The position numbers were made by a program, and so were the translations under genes. Below are positions 35,681 through 49,508 of a stretch of DNA of 64,000 nucleotides, piece by piece. Numbering within the stretch: the first letter of the stretch is position 1; every line of letters begins with the position of its first letter. The DNA lies in assembly GCA_951406725.2 (NCBI GenBank), contig OX597815.1:85126001-85190000 (forward strand), read 5' to 3'. This DNA comes from Octopus vulgaris. Lineage: Eukaryota. Under the pieces are notes generated by a model. It did no database searches and was not told the DNA's origin. It saw nothing but the letters and a program-made list of their open reading frames with translations.

Positions 35681-37234
35681 ATTATATGTACGCATTGTAC
35701 CTATTCTGAAGCATTTAAATATTTTGCATTAGGACATTTCACTTAAAAACATTTACCATTTATCGCCACTAATTGTATAACCCACTGGGATATTAGGGGC
35801 CATTTTCTAAACTACTTTCCTTTGAGCTTTGAGAGCTACTAGAAGACAGTCTAATCCAACAGTTGATAACACGTCTACATTTTTCCGTTTTTAGAAATGT
35901 CATTTTGAAAGTTGGTTTGTACTTGACCATTTTATTGGGGTGTTCTGACCATTCCAGTTTAGTTTGCATTGCTAGATTCTTGACAGATGTATTTGAAGAA
36001 GAATTGTTTATCAGATCAATATACTTTTTGTTGTTGTTTTTTTTATATATGTTGGAAAGGAGGTTTTTACACATCATCACATCCTCTTGTAGATTGAATG
36101 CTTCTTTGTAGGCCTCTTGAATTTCACACTAATGCAGAAGACTTATATCACAACCATATTAATTGCTCTGACTTCAAAGCTAAGAGGTTATTCCAGATGA
36201 CCTTACTTCTTATCAGTATACTACTGATGCTGACACTACTGGTCACTAAGAAGATTGAAATACAAACAAGCACATCAGAAGTGGTCATTTTAATACAATT
36301 TTTATTTTTAATCTCAAGCTTTGAACTATTCTGGTCAGTAAAAGTGTTACTGTATTGGTAATAAATATAAATTCTATAAATGTACTGGTATTTGAAATAG
36401 CTACTTGACTAACAAGTCCAATTTCTTTTGTTTGTCTATGAATTATATAATCTAAATAGAACGAATGCTCTGACAAGCAGATCACTGGTGTCCGACAGCT
36501 TGTTCAATCTTACATGGAACTGTCAAGGTAATCATTTTATACGTGAGCATTGACTGAATTAGTCTTTATAGATATTTATTTCTATATTATACTTTTTGTA
36601 ATAAATCAGTTGCTACATACCTATCCTGTACAGTTTTGGTTTTGTTTCTCGTTTACTCAGCTATGAAAGCTTATAGCAGCTATTTGTTAGCTTGTAGCTT
36701 TGCTACTTATGCCACTGGAACTGGTTATTAGAAAACTGGTTTAGTAAAATGTCACTGTAATAACTAGACCAAAGAATTCTTTTTATTCTGAGCTATTCTT
36801 TGTAAAGAAAATATTATATACTAGACTGCTATGATCCAATTTCTGGGCCATAAAATTTGTTCATAACTATAGTTGGAGTTTCTCATTTGGAATGATAATT
36901 TTATAATTTTGGCTTTATCCATTTGATGAATTTATATTTTGTAAACAATGTATTAACCTAACAATTGCATATTTCAAAGTGAAAATCTCTTACTGCAATG
37001 CATTATAGGTGTAATGTTTAAAGACTTTAATGCATAATAACTAGGGCAAATCAGTATATAAAATCAAATCCAAACCTCTACGGCTGACACTCGTGTGAAT
37101 CTTTAAACAATTATACTGGACTTCTGCTGGTTACCTCTTTCTGCTCAGTAGACTGGACTGTTTGAGAGATTTAATTATAGAGATTGTATAACCTTGGTGA
37201 CTGACTGTGGCTCTTTTGGTTTGCTATCTGCTAC

Positions 37235-37281
37235 CTTTTTTACTTGGTTAGCTGTCACTTTTTTACTTGGTTAGCTGTCAC
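37235..37281. repeat. Perfect 23-bp tandem duplication
   Basis: CTTTTTTACTTGGTTAGCTGTCA x2. Confidence 0.95.
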
Positions 37282-38512
37282 TAGGAGTATCTGATTGGAC
37301 TTTAATATGCAAAAATATGAGCATTAGTTCCCTAGTATCTAATATCAATCAGAGAGTAGAGATGTCAGATCGAATTTCTCTTTTTAAAGAATTGAATTGA
37401 TGGTCTTGTGAGTGTATGGTACTGGCTTTTTGGAATTTATTGAACAAAATATTGGATACTGATTTGAAATTTTGCCCCAAATATTCACAAATAAATCCTT
37501 GAATCTTGAAAATTTTTCAAAATTGTGGAATAATTATTATAATCTACTAGAAAATAAATTATACCTAGTTTTCATTAACCTATATTTCTATAAGTCTTAG
37601 TATTATCTCTCAGAATCAACATTTTTCTTACATTTTAGTAGTAATGGACAAGCAAGTTGGAGAGAAAGAGAGGGTAGAGGTTTTATGTTAGTTCCAATGA
37701 GTGGTATTCCATACTTGGTAATCTTGGAGAAAATGTCTGCCACCTATAACAATGTACAAACTTAAATATATCATTGCAGCCTTCATTTGACCTGTGGCTA
37801 TACATTAGTATATATTAGCACATTAATCTTATTCTACCAGAAATGAGATGCTGTACACATTTCTTGGCAATAAGTACATATTACCCACTCTCTGAAGGAA
37901 ATTTGGCAAGGTAGAACAAGACTGCTTTCAGTCTCTGAAAAGGAGAAGCCTCATCAAAGCTTCAACAGAAGTTATGGCATTCTTTATTTATTAATTTATT
38001 TATTTATTCCCAAATCCCTCTTTGACTCACTTGTAACGGAGGGGCATCCAGCTGTAGAAACCATGCCAAATTAGACTGGGGTCTGATGCAGCTTGTCAGT
38101 TTGCCAGCCCTGGTCAAACTGTCCAATCCATGCCAGCATGGACAACGGATGTTAAATATTGATGGTGTTTGTCTCTACATGTAGACCCTTTTATTGTGTG
38201 TGTGTGTGTGTGTGGTTTGGTCAGAGGAAGAGCAGTGTCCCTGATCTTTACAGAGCTTTCTATACTGGAGAAAGGGATTAAGAAACTTTCATGGAATGCT
38301 GTGGTAGGAAGCAGTGCATTTATCTCCAGATCAGAGACCCAGTTCAAATGATTAAAACATCAAACTCTGTTAAAAGGCACTGTTGTTGTTTGACCCCAGG
38401 TCAGCAGTAATCAAACAGACTATGATCAAAGAGACTCCAGTTGTGATAATCTCAACTTTTCATTTATCCAATGTATCTTGTCCTTTTTGGTTTTTTTTTT
38501 TTAACGATAGTA

Positions 38513-38945
38513 GTTGCAGGCTTGGCTGTGTGGTTAAGAAGTTTGCTTTTCAACCATATGGTTTGGGGTTCAGTCCCACTGCATGGCACCTTTGGCAAGT
38601 GTCTTCCATTGTTGCCACCAATTGACCAAAGCCTTGTGAGTGGAGTTGGTTGACAGAAACTGAAAGAAACTCATCATGTGTGTGTGTGTGTTTGTGGTGT
38701 GTTACTCTCTCCCTGCTTTGTCATCATGTAATAGTTGTAAACGAACATCACTGTCATACAAGTGGTGTCCTTCATTTCCAATCTTCTGTGAAAACATTTC
38801 TGGCTATGGGGAAATATTATCTTAATTGGAAACAACTTTGGTAATATTGATGACAGGATGGGCATCTGCTACTAGAAAATCTGCGTCAATGAATTCTGTC
38901 CAAGCCATGTAAGCATGGAAAAGTGGACATGAAAATGGTGATGAT
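38513..38945 (+). mobile_element. SINE B head with RTE-like tail
   Basis: Colinear with 32975-33400. Confidence 0.7.
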
Positions 38946-39734
38946 TAGGATGTTATTTAGTTTCTGTTTCTAGCAAGTTTACAATCTCTCATACAAGCTT
39001 ATACCCTGCCAGGTGATGGTGTTCAACTGGGCAGTGAAGTAGGTCTATCTTGCTAATTAAGTGCTCCAATTCCAAGTGCATGCCATTTGAACATTCCTAG
39101 AAGATTAAATCACTCCCACCTTATGGAGGAAATTGTTTATCAAACTACTTTGCTGTCAGCCTTTTTATTTCTAAGTTGCCAGGCATATAAAAAAAAACAA
39201 AAAAAAATCACATTGCTTTATTCTCTGTTCTGACTTTCCACTTGATAGCAATTTCCTTTTTCCTTTTACTCTCACTAAATATTAGGAAAACAATGTTTGT
39301 ATAATTCCTACCTTAATCACATTTCTATTGTAGTTTTTGCGGACACAACATCAATAATAAACTCCACAGTACTTTTAAAATAATTATCTTTTACATAGAT
39401 AAACTGATAATGTGCCTCAGGGACATGTATGAAGTTATTTAGAGCTATGAGAAACATTTTGTTGAAAGTTTCAAGAATGATTTACCACTTTCCAAACTTC
39501 ATTAAAAAAGAATTTAATAAAAAAAAATGTCTAGATGATATTTTTGTTTGAACTCTCACATTAATTTCAAAATTAGGTTTCCTGTTAAGTATTTTAATAT
39601 TTTATTATCTGTTGATTAAGTCAAGATATATCATCATTAATAATAGCTGCATAAATAAAAAAATTAAATTGGATTGTGTTATGTGACAATTTTCCAGTTA
39701 CAGAAGTGAAGAGAGAAACTCACATAGCTCCATA

Positions 39735-40258
39735 ATCTGATCTTAACTGATTGGAAGTGTTATCATGTACATTGTTTTGTTTTGGTATAAAAGATGGGCT
39801 ACAGCAAATATTCTGCTCAATACCACAGGTTTGCTTCTCAGTTGTTTGACCGTAACCAGTTGAGCATGTCCTGTAGTGGCTGATGATATGTGCATCTTTG
39901 ATCACAAGCAGAAGTAGTGGGGGAGCATCATAGCCATGTGCTGAGAGGAATTTTTTGGAGTTTGGATAATTCACCTCTGGAAACATGGGTGTTTTATTCA
40001 ACATCCTTAAACAGTCCTTATTCAGGGACCTTTTGAGTGGGATGGGCTACTCAACCTGAAGAAAATTCTAACTGGGCCCCACCTGCAAGGTCATGCGCTG
40101 TTTATCTTGATATGAGATCACCATGTCGCACACATATGGTTGTGATGCATGTGCCCGGTGTACCCTTATCAGATGGGGAGTCATGATGGGTATATTAGGC
40201 TTTGTATACTTTACCCTGTGTCACTTTCATGGCATGCACTGCTCTGTCACTCAATAAT
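39735..40258 (+). mobile_element. Second copy of the 2841-3432 repeat
   Basis: Colinear match ending CACTCAATAATAA. Confidence 0.75.
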
Positions 40259-40264
40259 AACAAT

Positions 40265-40605
40265 AATTTCAAATTTTGGCACAAGGCCAGCAATTTTGGT
40301 GGAGGGGATAAGTCGATTGCATTAATCCCAGTGTTCGGCTGATACTTACTTTATCAGTCCTAAAAAGCTGAAAGGCAAAGTTGACCACAGTGGAAATTGC
40401 ACTCAGAATGTAAAGATGCATTTTGCCCAGTGTGCTAACACTTCTGCCAGTCCACTGCCTTAATAATAATGGTAATAATAATAATGATAGTATTAATAAT
40501 AATAATCCTTTCTACAATAGGCACAAGGCCTGAAATTTGTGGGGAGGAGTAAGTCGATCACATCCTACCCCCAGTATTTGACTGGTACTTAATTGACCCC
40601 GAAAA
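40265..40605 (-). mobile_element. Two SINE A copies (second truncated)
   Basis: GGCACAAGGCC..GTCGAT..TACTT motifs at 40265-40465 and 40505-40605. Confidence 0.7.
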
Positions 40606-41506
40606 GATACTGCTGAGAAGAACAAACACACAAGCAAGCCAAACTAAGGTTCCAGAATAGCAGCAGCAGTGAAAGAAATGAAGACAAAGGGTGGGTCAGC
40701 AGAATGGAAGACAATAGCTGTAAGAATAATGATAATAGTGGGGATGGTAATAATAACACAAACAGTTGTGAAAACATGCAAACCAACGCAAACATTACTG
40801 ACAGCAACAACAACACACATATAAACACCACCACCAACAACAACAAAGACAACCAAAGAGATGGTAACCAGAGAAATGATAGTATAGAAAGTGGTACAAC
40901 TGGTATAAATGACACTAACCCTTCTCACACCCTATTCTTCGATCCATGTGATAAATCATACGATATGAGTCACATTTATCGACACCCTTACCTTCAACAA
41001 AAATGTTTGTATCCCACAACAGACAAATGACAAAATAGAAGCACACTTCACCATAGCTAGTACTAAACTTAGATTTTGGAACAATAAACTAGAAGACAGA
41101 GTTGAAGAAGGGCACAGCAATTCTATAAGAAATCTGCAAGTGGCCTATGCAAGACAACTCTGGCAGAATGTAAATAGATAACCTGCTGAACTACATCCAG
41201 GTGATGCAATCCCACATCATCAATATGAGAGAAACAACAGTACAGGAGTATGAGGGGAGAGAGGAGTTCCTCAATGCTCACATGGTGATGTGGTTAAACA
41301 ACTTCCAAGCCACTAATAAGGACATCCTAGCACTTTATGGGCTCTGCAAGGACCATAAGGCAAACATTGACCCAGTGACAGGACCACCACCAAGACCAGT
41401 CTGCAGAGCCGATGTTGCCAATAACTACCGAATCTCCTATTTTCTCTTTATGATCATACGCCCTCTGATCAGAATGTCCCCAGATGTGTGTGACAGCACA
41501 GAAGAC
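40606..41506 (+). mobile_element. Penelope-like element ORF remnant (Asn-rich linker plus RT N-terminus)
   Basis: LYGLCKDHK..GPPPRPVCRA..NYRISYFL..IIRP..CDSTED parallels the PLE RT start (YGLPK.HK...RPI). Confidence 0.7.
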
Positions 41507-42171
41507 CACAGAGGTTCCTTGAAATTCTGTTTGCTACTGGGGAAAACAGCGACCAAAACAGTTGTCATGCTTCAGACACCTTACATGGACACTGCCATGA
41601 GCAAACCCCAAGTTTACAAGTGGATTCTACGCTTTAGGAATGATCACTTGTTGCTTGGAAGCCGACCTTGTTCAGAGCACCTGTCAACCTCCCAAATGAA
41701 TGAAAACCTGAAAATTCAGGACCATCACTCAACAATTGATGAACTTGTTGATATGACTGGTGTATCCTGGAGTTCTTGCCAATGAATTTTGAGTGAGGAA
41801 TTGCAACTGAAAAGAGTTACAGCAATATTTGTGCCTCACTTACGGAAGATCAAATGCAGTCACAACGGAATGCATGTCATGAACTGAAGGAACAGTTGGA
41901 AATTGATCCAGACCTTTTTCTGAAGGTCATCACGGGTGACAAAAGCTGGTGCTACGAAATTTGCAGATGTGGAAGAAGTGAAGAAAAAAAATGGAGGTGT
42001 TAAAAGGTGTCAGTTAGCAAGCATTCCAGCACTGCTTTGAACAGTGAAAAATGCATCTGGACTGATGCATTGTTTCAAATGGAGAATACTTTGAAAGCTC
42101 TAAGTGTAAACATGTAAAACTAAGTGAATAAAATATTTTCAAAATTCAGGTCTCTTTCAGTTACACCCTCA
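41507..42171 (+). mobile_element. Internally deleted mariner transposase relic
   Basis: LKFCLLLGKTATKT..MSKPQVYKWILRF (HTH), KRVTAIFVPH, KVITGDKSWCY (first catalytic Asp), then directly FADVEEVK..FQHCFEQ..CIVSNGEYFE. 3' TIR-like end ..TTACACCCTCA. Confidence 0.88.
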
Positions 42172-42369
42172 TGTGTATGTATGCGTGTATACACACACAC
42201 ATATGCACATGCATATATATATATATCATCATCATCATCATTTAACATTCATGTTCTGTGCTAGCATGGATTGGACAGTTTGACAGGATCTAGCACATCC
42301 AAGGACTTAATTGAGCTCCAATGTTTGTTTTGACATGATTTTTACGGCAGGATGCTCTTCCTAATGCAG

Positions 42370-42410
<41 letters not shown>

Positions 42411-43987
42411 AATCTTCTACAGTAGAAGTGTTAACTTGTACTCCACGTCAGAAGTGTTAAAGCCACTCCCCCTGGTGAAGAAGATTGTCCTGCAAGAGTC
42501 CTGTGCTGGTGTCACGTAAAAGCTCCCAGCACACTCATTTTCAATAATTAAAGTCAGCTAAGTATTAATCAATATACTCATAAAAATATGTATAATGATC
42601 AACATTAATGACATTTAAGCTGACAATGATGAAACTGAGATAGATGCCAACATAATCAAGACTGACAGTGACAAATTTGAAGTTGATAATGTCAGATTTG
42701 GTGTGTGGACAGGAGTGTTAGTATATATCTTTTGACTAGATATTTATTTTCCTTTGTCAAAAGGTCTAATAGATTCTTTCCTTTATGGTATCTTTGTTTA
42801 ATTTTAGCATAGTTTCCCTTCTTACATGATTGATATTCTTTTCTTATCTTTTAGTCTGAATGGAAGGCAGTGCTCGGGACCCATTTTAGGGCCTTCAAAG
42901 CTGATAGGAGGAATGGAAGAAGGTATTCTCAAACTAGAAACAGCCCAGGTGTTTACAACAATGTAGACTCCTCTAAAGGCACCCAAGTTGCTAGGTGATG
43001 GTGTTAAATAGGTGGTAGTTTCTTAGTGAAATTTGAACTCGAGACACAAGAGCCAAAACAAATGCTACAAGGCATCTGGTCTGACATTCTTCCAATGCAT
43101 TGTCTAAAATTGATACTTTTTTTTTTTTATTGACCTCAATAAAATGGAAGGCAAAGTTGACCTCAGCAGAATTTGAACTCAGCAGAGAATTGAAACAAAT
43201 ACCACAAAACATTCTGTCCAGTGTTCTGATGGCTCTGCCAATTCAACACCTTATTTGTTTACTTATTGGTATACACCCCTGAACTTTAAAGAAGTGAAGT
43301 TTGTCTTATTATCCTACAAACAGTCAGGTGCTGTGCCCAGATGCACACAATCACTATATTAATGCCTGAACTTATGACATACATATTTAGTAATACACCA
43401 CTTGAACCTTACAGCTATTATGTTTTGTTTTTACTTGGCATTTTTGTGAGCTGTACATGTATAAAAGGTTGTTTTTGTTTAGTTCCCAAGTTGGCCCATT
43501 TAAAATATACCTATTGTCTAACATACTCTAGGCATGATTGTCATGTACTTTTTCTCCTCTGTGTACTCTGGACTACATTGTCCATTATTTCCTTTTTAAG
43601 ACAGTATGGTGTAGTTTGCTTATATTTGTCTGATATTTGTTGCAGATTGAACAACTGCAAACAGGCTCTCTTTTTGTTTAGGAATCAGGATGCAGATTAA
43701 AGGTTGTAGTGTTAGTTAGAGTGGCTAGACTGAAAGTAAAATTGGTTAGTAATTAACTCAGTTATATTTAAATTACAACATACAGACACACAAAAAAAAA
43801 ATATATAAATAAATAAAACAATGCAAGTAAACAACAAAATTGTGGCAAAAGCATAACAAGGTATCACATATGATTTACTTCCAAAAATATTTATAAAAGA
43901 ATTAGAAAATGGCTGATAAGAGGCGAATTTATGCCTTGAAAAGGGAGTGGGTGACACTAACAGTTTGAAAACCACTGAGCTTAATAT

Positions 43988-44150
43988 AAATTGTTTAGTT
44001 ACGGAATCATTAGAAAGCTGTTGGGATAATAATAGCTGGGAGAAATTAGGAACAATTGTGCAATGTAATTTACACAATTGTTCATAATTTCTTTCCACCA
44101 TGATGATTATTCTACTGGCTTTCTAATGATTCTGTAACTAAACAGTTTTG
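43988..44150. repeat. ~160-bp foldback palindrome (MITE-like)
   Basis: TGTTTAGTTACGGAATCATTAGAAAGC / GCTTTCTAATGATTCTGTAACTAAACA (26/27). Inner AGAAATTAGGAACAATTGTG / CACAATTGTTCATAATTTCT. Confidence 0.9.
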
Positions 44151-44324
44151 TGTAAATTTATTAGAAGGAGGAAATTTCTAATTTGATTACTTTTTTTTTT
44201 CTATTTTTAATTAACTAGAAATAATGGAGAAAATTATTATAGAGTTGGGAGATGTTTGGGTGGAATTGGAGAGGAAAGTGTATTTATTTGTATTTAATCG
44301 ATAGGTATATATATTTGTGTGTGT

Positions 44325-44963
44325 GTGAGAGCATGTGGCCTAGTGATTAGAGTGTAGCATTCATGAATACAAGGTCATGGTCTCGACTCCCTGAGTAGTT
44401 GTGCATTGTACTCTTGAGCAAAACATTTCATTTCACTTTGCTCCAGTCCACTCAGCTGTAAATGGATAATCCTGCAAGAGACTGGCATTCCATTCAGGAG
44501 AACTTTTGGGGTGGTATCATTCGAAAGCTACAGCAATGTGAGGAAGCACATTGAGACCAACAGTGTATGACAACATTCAATAATCTGGTCAATACAGTGA
44601 GTGATATACATGCATTATGTAAATGGTTCTGAGTTCGGTCCCACTGCATGACACCTTGGGCAAGTGTCTTCTACTATAGCCTAGGGCCAACCAAAGCCTT
44701 GTGAGTAGATTTGGTAGATAGAAACTGAAAGAAGCCCATCGTACATATAAATATATATGTGTGTGTGTCTGTGTTTGTTCTCCCACCATCACTTGACAAC
44801 CGATGTTGGTGTGTTTATGTCTCCGTAACTTATCAGTTCGGCAAAAGTGACCAATAGAATAAGTACTAGGCTTACAAAGAATAAGCCCTGGTGTTGATCT
44901 GTTTGACTAAAGGCAGTGCTCCAGCATGGTTGCAGTCAAATGACTGAAACAAATAAAAGAAAA
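44325..44963 (+). mobile_element. SINE C-type copy (44325-44600) followed by SINE B (44622-44963)
   Basis: GGCCTAGTGATTAGAG..CTTGAGCAAAAC head; second element colinear with the reverse complement of 33485-33850. Confidence 0.75.
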
Positions 44964-45839
44964 TGTATATCATCATCACTTAACATCTGTATTCCATACT
45001 GAACAGATTGACAAAATCCTATGGACCCGAAGACTGCATTGTACTCCAGTGTCTGCTTTAACATGGTTTCTGCCTTTCCTAATGCCGACCACTTTACATG
45101 TACAGGATGCCTTTTTTCATGCCACCTGTACGAGTGAAATCACCATGCAGCTTGCATGACTTTGAACCCTGAGGAGGTCATCTTTATGCGAGGAGATGAG
45201 GGGTGAATGTATGAGAGAAGGACCAAAGCAGAATAGGTTTCTTGCTCTTGACATAAATATGAATGCTCACTCATATTTTATAGAAGACAGGATGGGAGTG
45301 GTCAAATGAAGCTGGAGAGTGGTAAAAATAGTAGTGATGAAGTGTTTGGGTGGACCTTCAAGATACAATGTGAATAGAAATGAGTAGAGTGGATGGAATA
45401 GGAGTGGGGGTAGGTGGAGGTTGTATGTGTGTATGGGGAGAGTGAGAGATGAGTAGGAGCAACAGAATAGTAATGATAATGAGTAAACAGGAGAAAGATA
45501 AGAGAAAGATGACATGATGTTGGGTAAGTTGCAGGAGTGGGTGAGAAAGAAAGAGATAGGCATAGGGCTTGAGAGAGGTGAAGCATATGGTAGCAGAGGA
45601 GGAGAGCTAATTTGGTGTCTCAGTCTGGGTGGAGAAAACAATATTAATGGTTCTGGGTAACAAGAAAATTTAGTGGTATCAAGGAAGAGCTACCGTTGGG
45701 GAGGTGATGAGTGGTGGGGTTGCCTTGAAGGGGAAGGAAATTGAGTGAAGGGCCCATTTGCGCATAAATGCACACACACACACACACACTGCTACCAGAG
45801 TTTAGTTTTGCTATGATAGGCAAGTCTTCTAATAAACTG

Positions 45840-46330
45840 CATATTGTCAGTTATCTTGGTCTTACTCTTTTGTCATCTTCTCTGTGAGGCCCAAGATCCT
45901 GAGATCAACCTTCACTTTGTCTCGTGTTTTCCTGGGTTTCCTTCTTCTGTGAGCTCTATCCATATTAAGTGATTGACATGTCATTATACAGCTGTTCTTA
46001 TCCATATGCATCACCTCAGCATAACAATGCAGTCTTCTTTCTTGTCCACTATTGATTCCTCTTATGCCCAGTTTTTCTCACAACACCTACATTGCACATC
46101 CAGCAGAACATGGGTGCTTCAGTTCTTTCTGGTTTTCTCAAACCTACAACATTTAAGGCTCATGTCTCACTAGCCTGCAGCATTGTAGTTTAAACACAGA
46201 CATCATACAATCTGTTCTTAACCCTAAGAGAAAGACCTTTGTTGTCAGCAGTGAATTTTCTTCAATCAATTCTTATACTGACTACTATACTTTCAGAGCA
46301 ACCACATCCCTTGCTAATTACATCTCCTTT
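45840..46330 (-). mobile_element. RTE 3' ORF remnant
   Basis: Similar to 13050-13450 and upstream RTE sequence (KGLSLRVKNRLYDVC). Confidence 0.65.
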
Positions 46331-48909
46331 GTGTGTGTGTGTGTGTGTGTGTGTACATGCATGCACTTATGTGTTTCTTTACTTATTCTCCAAATATTGC
46401 AAGATGCAGGTAATGACTCTATTGTCATTTCTTCTGTCAACAAATCATCTACTGGTTTTACACCTTTAAAAACTTGTGAAATAAGAGATCCTTGATTTGA
46501 AAAACAAATAAGAGTTAGTGATGGAAAAAGCATCTGGCTGTAAAAGTATACCTCAAAATATTCTTATCTGTGCTAGAGTAGAAAAACACGTAAAAACAAA
46601 TTGTGGAAGTAAAATTAATGAAGATATCAGTAAAGTTTTATGGAAGGTAACAACAGCTAATGGCATACAGCCGACCCTATTGTTGATAGTTGGAAGACAC
46701 TTCAGATCGCTTGTAAAGGAAAACAGTTGGATGTTTGTATATGTGAAGCTAAAACTTACAACAAAATAATACCAGTTAATGGTTTAGTTTGCTAGCAGTG
46801 AGCTTTGTTTGTAACAGCTCAGGTCTCTTGTTCAGAAATACAGCCAGCTCTTGCAATATATAGTTTCTCTGAGAGACAAAGGCAACAACTGTGTACTCCT
46901 GGTGAGTAGGGTTAGGAAGACGCCTTGTCAAGAAGGCTCCAGGTTGTGATAGACAATTTGCTGGTCTTAATTTCTCTAGATAAAGCAAACATCAAGAGCT
47001 TTTCTCATTATCTAACTGCTAAAACATATGCACAGATATTGGTAGATGTAAACTGTGTAAAAGTCCCTCTTATGGATTGTATCTGTAATTCAAAAGCGCA
47101 GCCTTGTCATACTGCATCACATGGATTCTGCCTGAGAATGACATCAGGGGGACATGTGTCTGGAATGCTCGACCATATACATGCTAATTCAGTTAGCTTT
47201 ATAGTTTTACTTGATCAAGCAGCTGAATACTTAAGGCCTGAAATTCTGACTGAGATCCATTTAAAAAATATGTATCACTGGGACATGTTCTGTTTCTGAA
47301 AACCATTTAACTTTGGAGGGGATTAAATGGGTCTTTCATCAGTAGGATAAGTGATGAAGTAATTGAATTCATCTAAATTATATATTCTGAGAACGGTCAT
47401 AAACCACAGACTGTCAATATTTGGTTAAAATGTCATGGAATGCAAATCTTACACATCTATGTGTAGATCTAATACTAAAGTACATCAACAAACTGAACTA
47501 TTTATACAATTATTTTTCAAACTACAGCAGAAATTTCTCTTTAACATGTTCATGACCATATTTCTTATGAAGTATTCTGTTTGTTTGAATTAGATTTGAA
47601 AATAATCAAGAATTTAAAGAAATCAAGTAAAATAACTTAACATTTTTATTTTCAAGCTAATGTTTAGAATGTAACTTCAAAAAAAGATTCATAGGTGAAA
47701 TTATGGTCGACTATTTTAATTTAAATATCGATATTTAAATTAAAGCTTTTGTATTAATAATGAGTGCTGATCTGATACAGCTTGGTGTCAAAAGGATTAA
47801 AGCTTGATGGATTAAATTTAGCAATATGTTGAATAACTGAATTAAACAAATAACAATATGAGTGCATGTTAATACCATATAAAATGCACCTAGTACACTC
47901 TATAAAGTAATTGGTAAACAAGCAGAGAATGTACAGTTGAAAGGACTTTTGAGGCTTGTCAAGGGTATGAGAACTTCTTTGGTGCTAATACCATGATAAA
48001 ATGCACCCGGTACATTCTATAAAGTGGTTGGTGGAAGTAAAAAAAATGGACATTTAGCTGTAGTAACTGTGCCAAAAGGACCAATTTCCATATACTGAAA
48101 TAATTGACATGTTTTTCCAACCAGCAAATTGGTATAATTTGATTAGCATTGGGAGTTATATCATTGCTTCTTTGAATTAGTGGGAAATTTGTGACTATGT
48201 ACAAGCAAACCATGATCCTCCGACTGTTTTAGGAGTGCAATAACTCCAAATAAAGAACTTATTCTAGTCATATTGAACCATCCAACTTATACCAGTATAG
48301 AAAGTAGACATAAAATGACTATGACTTATATGTCTGTCTGTCTCTCTCTCTCTCTCTCACATGTGGTTGTGTGGCAAGAAGTTTCTTTCCCAACCATGTT
48401 TCTGGGTTCAGTCTTGTGGGTGGATTTGGCTGATGAAAACTGTGTTTGTGAGTAGTTGAGTAAAAGAGACGATACAATAAGTACCAGGTTTAAAAAAGTA
48501 CTGGGATTGATTTGTTTAGCTAAAAATTCTTCAAGGCAGACAGTGAAACAGATGGTGAAGCATGGTGCAGTCTTCTGCCTATCCAGCCTCTGTCCAACCG
48601 TCCAACCCATGGAAAACAGACGTTAAATAATATATAAAAGTGAAGGAGAGAGAGATTTCAATATTGGTGGCAAAGGTTTCTGTTTATCCTCCATGAGATT
48701 AACAAGTTTCTAAAAACATGTAACATATTCTGGTGATTTGGCTATTTTTTTTTTAAATATATGCTTCAGCTTGGCCGCAGTCAAATGACTGAAACAAGTA
48801 AAAGAATATATGCCTTGAATGTTTACCATTTATTTTCTTTATCTGACTGTCTATGATTTGAGGATTGAAGTTATTTAGAAAAAGTTGATTTTAATATAAT
48901 CTGATATAT

Positions 48910-49260
48910 TCCAGTGTCGCCTTACTGGCACTTGAGCCCTGTGCTAGTAGGGTGCTAAGAGCACCATCCGAGCGTGATCGTTGCCAGAGAGGCTAACTGG
49001 CTTCCATGCAGGTGGCACGTAAAAGGCACCATTCAAGCGTGATCGTTACCAGCATCGCCTTACTGGCCCTCATGCCGGTGGCACATAAAAGCACCCACTA
49101 CACTCTTGGAGTGGTTGGGGTTAGGAAGGGCATTCAGCTGTAGAAACTCTGTCAGATCAAGATTGGAGCCTGGTGCAGCCATCTGGTTTGCCAGCCCTCT
49201 GTCAAATCGTCCAACCCATGCTAGCATGGAAAGCGGACGTTAAACAATGATGATGATGAT
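48910..49260 (+). mobile_element. RTE 3' end with tandem modules and (GAT)n tail
   Basis: GGCACGTAAAAGGCACC modules; CCCATGCTAGCATGGAAAGCGGACGTTAAAC-(GAT)n. Confidence 0.8.
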
Positions 49261-49301
49261 ATTTATCATTCAAAACATTTAAATAAAACACTGTTATAAC
49301 T

Positions 49302-49508
49302 TTTATGGAGATGTACTTGCATAGCGAGTGACTTGATCTGAGAGCGTGTGCTGGAACGAAAACAATTGCAGCATGGAAGGTGTTTATAAGCCATTTAAGA
49401 AACACACAAAACCGTTAGATTCACTTCAACATTTAAGTTTAATTTGTCAAAATATTTCGTCTCTTTGAGACCGCGACCTGTTTGCTGACAAAACATCGTG
49501 CTGCATCT
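49302..49508 (-). mobile_element. Short retroposon with 11-bp TSD and hammerhead-like fold (Penelope-derived?)
   Basis: CTGTTATAACT repeated at 49291-49301 and 49509-49519. Minus strand has TTTGTCA..GTC..GAC-GAAA-TAT-TT-TGACAAA. Confidence 0.65.

Noticed and set aside
42625-42725. Coding-like stretch ADNDETEIDANIIKTDSDKFEVDNVRFGVW
   Set aside because: No convincing splice sites and no recognisable motif.
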